Of a DNA stretch of 64,000 nucleotides, positions 59,201 through 64,000 are shown in pieces; position 1 is the stretch's first letter, and each line of letters starts with the position of its first letter. Where the stretch lies: the NCBI GenBank assembly GCA_964579435.1, contig CAZOGI010000001.1:157907-221906 (forward strand), given 5' to 3'. Under the pieces are notes generated by a model that saw only the letters and a program-made list of their open reading frames with translations, did not search any database and had not been told where the DNA came from. The stretch is from an uncultured Planctomycetales bacterium (lineage in GTDB: Bacteria; Omnitrophota; Gorgyraeia; Gygaellales; Profunditerraquicolaceae). Both the position numbers and the translations under genes were made by a program.

Positions 59201-61489
59201 GAAGCGGCCCGGCGCGCACTGGGGTTTATGGCCGGCAACGCCGGATGGCTGCGCGAGCACAGTCGTCAGCTGCCCTTTGAAACGGTCCGCCTCCTGTTTT
59301 CGGGGACGCTGCAGGAACCGCTTCCGGCATTCGTTTGCGCGACCGCGCCGGTCGGCCATTTGGCGGAGCGCGGCGCACTGGCGGTGCAGCTCAATACCCT
59401 GCCCCGCGCCGTTACGGAATACATCATCGCCTATCTGCAAACCGTCCCGCCGGAAAAACAGTTTTCCTCTGTGCGCGGAATTAAAGAGATGGTGCGCAAC
59501 GGCGGCATGCTTCCCGAGGATACCCTGCAGGACTGGGAGCTGCTCTTGAACCGCTATATTGCGGATTTCGCCTTCCTTGCCTGCCGGCCGCTGATCCTCC
59601 TGCAGCGGCGGCTCTTTCGCGCCGAAGCCTTGCCCGAAGATGGGCTGCTCTCGATCGCTGCGACGGGAGAGGAGGGGGTTGCCCTCCTGGCCGCCCGGGT
59701 TGCGGCGATTAAAGAGGAGCTGTTCCTGCGCAGACAGATCCGCGAGCAGGACCTGCGACATCCGGCTTTTAAGGCGCTTGTTGCCTGGATAACCGGGTTT
59801 TCCAGCGCCAGTTGGGGCCACGGTAAGAACGAAGGGATGGAGTTGGATTATTTCCTTGAGCGGTTCAGGGCCACCGCGGCTCCTCCCCTTGATGCCGCGT
59901 TAACACAGGCGCCGCCTTCGTCTTTCAGCGTCCGCCCGGAAAGGATCGAGTTTACCGAGGATGAACGGCAGATGTATTCCCGCTATCAGCGTATTTTCTC
60001 TCGGGCGCTCTTGTTGTACCATCAGGCCGGATCCGCCGAAGCGACTCTTATCGTTCTGAAAGAGGAGGCGCGCAAAGAGCTCCTGCGGGCAACACGGGAG
60101 CTTGAGCGCTCACGCAAAGAGAGAGGGGCCGGCGCCGTTCTGGAGCATCTGGCCCGCCGGCAGCGGGCCTTCGAGCGCGCGCAGGCTGGCGTCGCCGCGG
60201 CCGCGACCCTCGAATCGTTCTGCTGGGAGATCGTCTCCGGCGTGCCCGAGGTTCTGGAGCACAGTCCGCTCCTGCAGGAACAGGTGATCGTCGCGCTCCT
60301 GCAGGAGGCTTTCCGTCAGGATCCCGCAGCCCTGGAGCGCATTGCCGAGATCGAGCAGGAAGAGCTCAGTATGCGTTCGCTTGACAAGATCCTTGCCTTC
60401 AAAAACGACTATTTCAATAAGATCGAACCGCCCAACTCGATCTTAAACGAACGGCCGCCCCAGGAGGCCAAGCAGATACTGCGGGTCTTTCGCGTGTCGA
60501 TTTTCGAACAGGTGTATGCGCGCACCAAAACCGTCTCACCGCCCGAAGAGGAGCCGTTGGTGCTGCGCGGATTTCTCACCCGGGATATCCTGGGTGAGCT
60601 GGCCGGGGACATCGGCGACGCCTGCTATACGGCGTTGCCGCACATCATGAATTACCCGGCGATGGTCGGAGCGCTCATCTTCACGACCGGGCAAGGGCTG
60701 GATGCGCGTTTTGCCGGGTCGGTCCTTGTCCTGAAGAATTCCGTTGCGGGAAAGCCGGTGTGGATCCTGCGCGGCATCAATCCGCAGGAAGATGTCGTCG
60801 CCGATTACAGCGCCGCGGATTTCCTGGACGGGGTTCTGCGCACCTGCGTGGAGCTGGCGCAGGCGTATAATGCCGCCCGCCCGCCGCAGGAGCAGGTACA
60901 CCGGATCCTGACCCCGGCTCTCGACGAAGGAGCTCTCAGCAATCAGCGCAAGATCAATTCCGTCGTCAAACAGCGGATTGGGCGCAGCCGGGCAGTTATT
61001 CTCGACCACAAAGAGACGTTTAATTTTCACGACATCACCGCTGCCTGTAAAGAATTGGCGACGATCGTCCCTGCTGCCCCGGAGGCGCGTGCGCAGGTCC
61101 CGGGGCCGCTCGTTGCGCAGTCGATTGCCTCATCCCCCGCGCCGGCGCCTCAAGGGCCTGAGACGCAGGTGGGGGGGATAGATCTTCGTTCATTGCCGAT
61201 GTTATCTGAGACGGGCTGGACGGCTGCGCCTGTTCCGGGGCGGGGAGGCGTAGATCTGGAACAGGAGTGGCGGCGTCTGCACCACCTGCTTTCTGCGGGG
61301 ATCGCGCCCTCCGCGCGCAGGATAGCGGATTGTGCCGCCGCCTGCAGCCGCAGCCCGGCGTTTCGCCAGGAATTCAGAGAGCGTCTTCTCGGCTGTATCA
61401 GTCAGACCTTGCTCATCCAGGAGCGGCGCGGGTGCGCTACCGAACCGCTCCTGCAGCGGGCGCTGATCCTTCTGGACAACGCCGAGTGA
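56291..61489 (+). CDS. Giant (about 1730 aa) signal-peptide protein of unknown function, mostly alpha-helical (Ala/Leu/Arg/Glu-rich); paralog A
   Basis: A single uninterrupted ORF. The ATG at 56291 (MHTTSVKKTATFILAGILLFAHSLGPRALEAAA) follows the track's TTG and gives a signal-peptide-like N-terminus. I recognise no catalytic motif. The N-terminal 250 aa are homologous to the next gene. Confidence 0.6.
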   Translation: MHTTSVKKTATFILAGILLFAHSLGPRALEAAALSPVSAETAWLPPGNASASLRGLSYEQGQNCFRLLFERAAIAGIGPAELDSLTRRFLNYFFIALALPEESFWVNLRPDKPDGIIDPALAQTAVGAILLETDLLLKQDTARATAPDTASGRLYWEKLYRKAQELYGSAQVSIPTLCRPWIVPEEIVMRMTAGNAYVYKATLKVMLEEDYIQDTSHLSPDTGVMRQYAFADERAKELNEYAAQLMRELVVPELTRKVNNGREYAALRQVYQALILAQWFKRTVRSGGAFAPLVNGGAPSSLRLRSPPDVRGYFRAYQRLVRQGAYDMRAGGYAGGERVARRYFSGGIVLRAGPAIDAGGFSGTSATFPPAGTAALTVEVEASMSAREVGQPQRIVAAVVQPQADAGIASDHHAGTTRAQHLAFHRGGDFATVLRWIAQEDLGLVAGSDGWFDLRRRLQEEPQRRLVFDGLDRRGQKRHTELRLESDGALVVVDSRLRKDHAGRGQFAVYARNEGKVVHELSELRSWAAYARDELGIITAAEIRDGKLGIRLRRWMNGLGEDEARDFSVGSFEISRRQKRIREKADTFHRDALIEEFVFWAKRQRLLGTAQTAWEQLQEVCAQAGTRPQELFRRYRAQEGVFEISPLMQALLTQTDLAKYNFFGLLFVTRQNLLSPLAVRIAAKMSTYPLVYDPDGLIDIEVRLVEYLRAALAANQELLGPEGVRECLATAAPVLSGFYPHMHQHPLAWVSRYTQAEMRIRVLLAVRSLEDLITDGRLPEELIAYLQEIGSLDPLIALADEKLLADFGMSLPVRMRALRQEYPDFVRRYRQRQALLPEPEEAEEEFDFIIASSGGAPEGEAAASAAALRSILAPHLLVPVDLELVLQAVERSPRREAALQAVTVLCREFVRNKVTPIDSALLLRSCAKSSSLSEAARLFAQHQRYLRVLRLDPQQQPAIVRAIALSAQPAEAARRALGFMAGNAGWLREHSRQLPFETVRLLFSGTLQEPLPAFVCATAPVGHLAERGALAVQLNTLPRAVTEYIIAYLQTVPPEKQFSSVRGIKEMVRNGGMLPEDTLQDWELLLNRYIADFAFLACRPLILLQRRLFRAEALPEDGLLSIAATGEEGVALLAARVAAIKEELFLRRQIREQDLRHPAFKALVAWITGFSSASWGHGKNEGMELDYFLERFRATAAPPLDAALTQAPPSSFSVRPERIEFTEDERQMYSRYQRIFSRALLLYHQAGSAEATLIVLKEEARKELLRATRELERSRKERGAGAVLEHLARRQRAFERAQAGVAAAATLESFCWEIVSGVPEVLEHSPLLQEQVIVALLQEAFRQDPAALERIAEIEQEELSMRSLDKILAFKNDYFNKIEPPNSILNERPPQEAKQILRVFRVSIFEQVYARTKTVSPPEEEPLVLRGFLTRDILGELAGDIGDACYTALPHIMNYPAMVGALIFTTGQGLDARFAGSVLVLKNSVAGKPVWILRGINPQEDVVADYSAADFLDGVLRTCVELAQAYNAARPPQEQVHRILTPALDEGALSNQRKINSVVKQRIGRSRAVILDHKETFNFHDITAACKELATIVPAAPEARAQVPGPLVAQSIASSPAPAPQGPETQVGGIDLRSLPMLSETGWTAAPVPGRGGVDLEQEWRRLHHLLSAGIAPSARRIADCAAACSRSPAFRQEFRERLLGCISQTLLIQERRGCATEPLLQRALILLDNAE

Positions 61490-61645
61490 GCCTGCTTTGG
61501 AGCAAGCGCTTTCCGTAAAACCCGCCCCGCGTCTTGTATCACTTCTCCCAACGGCTATATTTATTATTGGCTGATAACCACCTTTTTCCGGAACGCTGCG
61601 CCTGCGCTGATTTGGTACGGCTGTTTCGGGATACGTCCTTTCCTT

Positions 61646-64000
61646 ATGGCTCGAAAAGCAATCTGTCTAGGGCTCTGCTGTATCCTGCTCCTGCAGCAAT
61701 CCGGGTTTACGCAAGCTGTGGCGCCGGCAAAGGCACCGGTGTTGCCGTTGCCGTCGAGCGCCTCGGGGGAACGGTTCAGGCCTGCGCACCTGCGGTCTCT
61801 GGGCTATGATGAGCGCCAAACGCACCTGGAGCTTATCGTTGACCGGGGAGATCAGAAACAGCCGGGCTCATCCGAAGCAACAGAAACGACCCGCCGCCTT
61901 CTTTCATTTTTCCTCATCGGCATCAGCCTGCCCGAGAGATCCTTCTGGGTGAACCTGCGTCCCGATACCCCGCAAGAGATCATTGATCCGCTTCTGGCCC
62001 AGACCGACGTCGGCAAGATCATGCTGGAGGCGGACCTGCAGCTCAAAAAAGATACGGCAGCCGCGACCTCTCCACAGACCCCGGGGGGGAAGGCGTATTG
62101 GGATAAACTGTACCGCAGGGCAGAAGAGCTTTTCGGCGGCAGCCGGATGTCCTTTCCCACTCTCTCTCGGCCCTGGATTGTCCCGGGGGAGATCATTGTG
62201 CGCGAGACTTCCCGGAACGCATACGTCTATAAAGCGACGCTGAAGGTGATGCTGGAGGAGGATTATATACGAGACACAAGTCACCTGTCACCGGACACCA
62301 GTGTGATGAGGCAGTATGCGTTCGCGGATGAGCGGCTCAGGCAGCTCAATGCCTACGCCGCGCAGCTGATGCGCGAGCTGATTATTCCGGAGCTGACGCG
62401 CAAAGTCAATACCGAGCGTTCGTATGCCCCGCTTCGCCAGGTGTATTATGCGCTGATCCTGGCGCAATGGTTTAAGCGGCGCTTCCGCGGCGCCGGCGGC
62501 CTTTACGCGGAAAGGATCGACAGCGCCGATCTGCTCGGTTTGCGCTCAGCGCAGACTGCCGACGTTCAGGAGTACTATAGGCGGTATCAACAATCGTTCC
62601 GGGACGGGGAATATCGTTTGCAGGCCCCTGCCTATTCGCTGTCCGGAAAAAGCGTGCGCCACTATTTTTCCGGGGGCATTCAGCCGCTCCCGTCCCAACT
62701 GCCGGCGCCCGGAAAATCCGAAACGCTTCCGGGCGGGGGGCTTTATTCCTCGGTTGATGCCAGCGCCCACAGGCGCTTGCCGCAGGACCCTGATCGCGGC
62801 CTGCGTTTTAGCGTCGGGGTGAGTCAAGCGCTGGCTCCTGTTCCGGGCCTGGAGCCGTCGGTTCCCGCAGCGGTCCCCGGGGCGCTGCTTGTCACCGCCG
62901 GGAGCACATACGCCCCAACGGCTTCTCCTCAAGAGAATGCGGAGGCGCTTGTGCGGCTGTTCCTGGGGATCGGTGCCGGCGAGGACCTCGCCGCAGCCCT
63001 CGAAGCGCAGTTTAAGGCCGATCCCACCGAGCTCCTCAACGCCGCGCGTGAAATGCAAGCGGCGCGCGCACTGCCATCTCTTTTTCAGGGCCGCAGGCAT
63101 TTCATCTCTTCGTTCTTTGCGGAAAACGACGCCGCAGGTGCCGCGGGCAAAGAGGTGCTGCAGGCGGCCGCCGAACGCCTTTTTGTTTTTCTTGTCGAAC
63201 ACATAGCCCAAGAAGATCATCAGCCGCCGGCTCCCGAAGCATCCCCAGAGGCGCTGATCCGCGCCGGCAACAAGGTGGTTCTTGAAGACGGAAGCAGCGT
63301 CCTCATAACCCACGCGATCAGCGTCGGCGAATCTCGCCCCGGGGAGCAGTCGCAAGACGGTCGCACTACGCGGCCTCAGGCGCACGCCTTCGGCGCCGAA
63401 GGCGTTTTTTACGGTCTCTACGTGCGCGACCGCGGCACCCGAACGATTTATCTGGATCGCGCCGGCCTTGCCGAACGCTTGCAGGATCCGCACCAGCGAC
63501 GGGCTTTTGCCCGCGTCCTGGGAAGGGAGTCATTCAGCATCGAAGATGCGGCGCGTTTCCTTGACGGACACGAGACGTTCCATGCCCTGGTTGATGAACT
63601 GCGTCTGCGGGAAGAGTTGCCCGAGATGAGCCAGGAGCAGGAGGAGGCATTGGCGGACCTGTTCGGCAGGGATTTTGCTTTCGGCGAGGTGACGCTGGAT
63701 ATTCGCCTGCAATCCTTGCTGACGAAGATGAGCAGGCTGCTGCGGGTGGATGTCGCGCGGGTGCTGCGCAAGAGAGGAACGATCGAAGAGGCGCTCGGCT
63801 ATCTGGGCATCTTTGTTTCCCTGGAGTGGTCGGTCTCCGGCAGCGAGCTTGCCCGCCTTGCCCGGGCGCCTGCGCCGGCGGGAGAGCGGCTGGTACGGCC
63901 TTTCCTGGTGACCGAGCGTACGGCCCTGACCCCTACGCCTAACCGCCGCGATAACGCTTTTGAAGACATGATCGCCCGCTCCAGCTCGCGTTCGCGCGCG
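61646..64000 (+). CDS. Partial CDS (runs off the window end): second large signal-peptide protein; paralog B of 56291-61489
   Basis: Own translation from ATG at 61646 (MARKAICLGLCCILLLQQSGFTQAVAPAKAP...) remains open for 785 codons to the window end. Shares the conserved domain ...FWVNLRPD..IIDP.LAQT..G.I.LE.DL.LK.DTA.AT.P.T..G..YW.KLYR.A.EL.G......PTL.RPWIVP.EI......NAYVYKATLKVMLEEDYI.DTSHLSPDT.VMRQYAFADER... with paralog A. Not in the ORF track because there is no stop within the window. Confidence 0.55.
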   Translation, partial: MARKAICLGLCCILLLQQSGFTQAVAPAKAPVLPLPSSASGERFRPAHLRSLGYDERQTHLELIVDRGDQKQPGSSEATETTRRLLSFFLIGISLPERSFWVNLRPDTPQEIIDPLLAQTDVGKIMLEADLQLKKDTAAATSPQTPGGKAYWDKLYRRAEELFGGSRMSFPTLSRPWIVPGEIIVRETSRNAYVYKATLKVMLEEDYIRDTSHLSPDTSVMRQYAFADERLRQLNAYAAQLMRELIIPELTRKVNTERSYAPLRQVYYALILAQWFKRRFRGAGGLYAERIDSADLLGLRSAQTADVQEYYRRYQQSFRDGEYRLQAPAYSLSGKSVRHYFSGGIQPLPSQLPAPGKSETLPGGGLYSSVDASAHRRLPQDPDRGLRFSVGVSQALAPVPGLEPSVPAAVPGALLVTAGSTYAPTASPQENAEALVRLFLGIGAGEDLAAALEAQFKADPTELLNAAREMQAARALPSLFQGRRHFISSFFAENDAAGAAGKEVLQAAAERLFVFLVEHIAQEDHQPPAPEASPEALIRAGNKVVLEDGSSVLITHAISVGESRPGEQSQDGRTTRPQAHAFGAEGVFYGLYVRDRGTRTIYLDRAGLAERLQDPHQRRAFARVLGRESFSIEDAARFLDGHETFHALVDELRLREELPEMSQEQEEALADLFGRDFAFGEVTLDIRLQSLLTKMSRLLRVDVARVLRKRGTIEEALGYLGIFVSLEWSVSGSELARLARAPAPAGERLVRPFLVTERTALTPTPNRRDNAFEDMIARSSSRSRA

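Overview
This is a high-GC (about 65-70%) bacterial chromosomal window that spans the replication origin; every call below is from sequence and motifs alone. From position 1 to about 45.4 kb every gene is on the minus strand, and from dnaA at about 45.7 kb onward every gene is on the plus strand. That strand switch sits at rpmH | AT-rich DnaA-box region | dnaA-dnaN-DciA-like-gyrB-gyrA, which is the classic oriC arrangement.

Recognisable housekeeping genes:
- Origin and DNA metabolism: parAB, jag(N-domain only)-yidC-yidD-rpmH, dnaA, dnaN, gyrB, gyrA, xseAB.
- Translation: gltX, pheST, thrS, infC-rpmI-rplT, three minus-strand tRNAs (Val-GAC, Leu-TAA, Cys-GCA) and tRNA-Glu(TTC) after gyrA.
- Other core functions: ndk, gmk, rpoZ, coaC, yicC, dxs, rny-ymdB, glmS, rsmI, a trkH-trkA-trkA potassium-uptake module, and a four-subunit 2-oxoacid:ferredoxin oxidoreductase operon coupled to gltX.

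The less ordinary content:
1. Positions 1-13.9 kb hold a tightly packed, co-directional 14-gene array. It mixes a B12-binding radical SAM enzyme, a stand-alone receiver domain, a beta-barrel outer-membrane protein, a tRNA-binding protein, a YkgJ Cys-cluster protein, a DUF2156 (MprF-C-like) protein, a DnaQ-exonuclease-WYL fusion, a Kae1-domain-only HypF fragment with hypC and hypD (no hydrogenase genes in view), a TPR/transglutaminase lipoprotein, a PilZ-TM-glycoside-hydrolase-like fusion and an endonuclease-III-like gene.
2. Directly after rsmI there are two tandem paralogous genes for very large signal-peptide proteins: 56291-61489 (about 1730 aa) and 61646 to beyond the window end (at least 785 aa). 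I recognise no domain in either. They share a roughly 250-aa N-terminal domain, including a 95-nt block that is nearly identical at DNA level.
3. There is a sharp compositional mosaic near the origin. parA, yidC, dnaN and a gyrB insertion are 25-45% GC inside a roughly 65-70% GC context.
4. rnpA is absent from its canonical rpmH-yidD slot.

No CRISPR arrays, transposases or rRNA genes were seen. The ORF track uses alternative start codons, so several starts were re-evaluated by hand.
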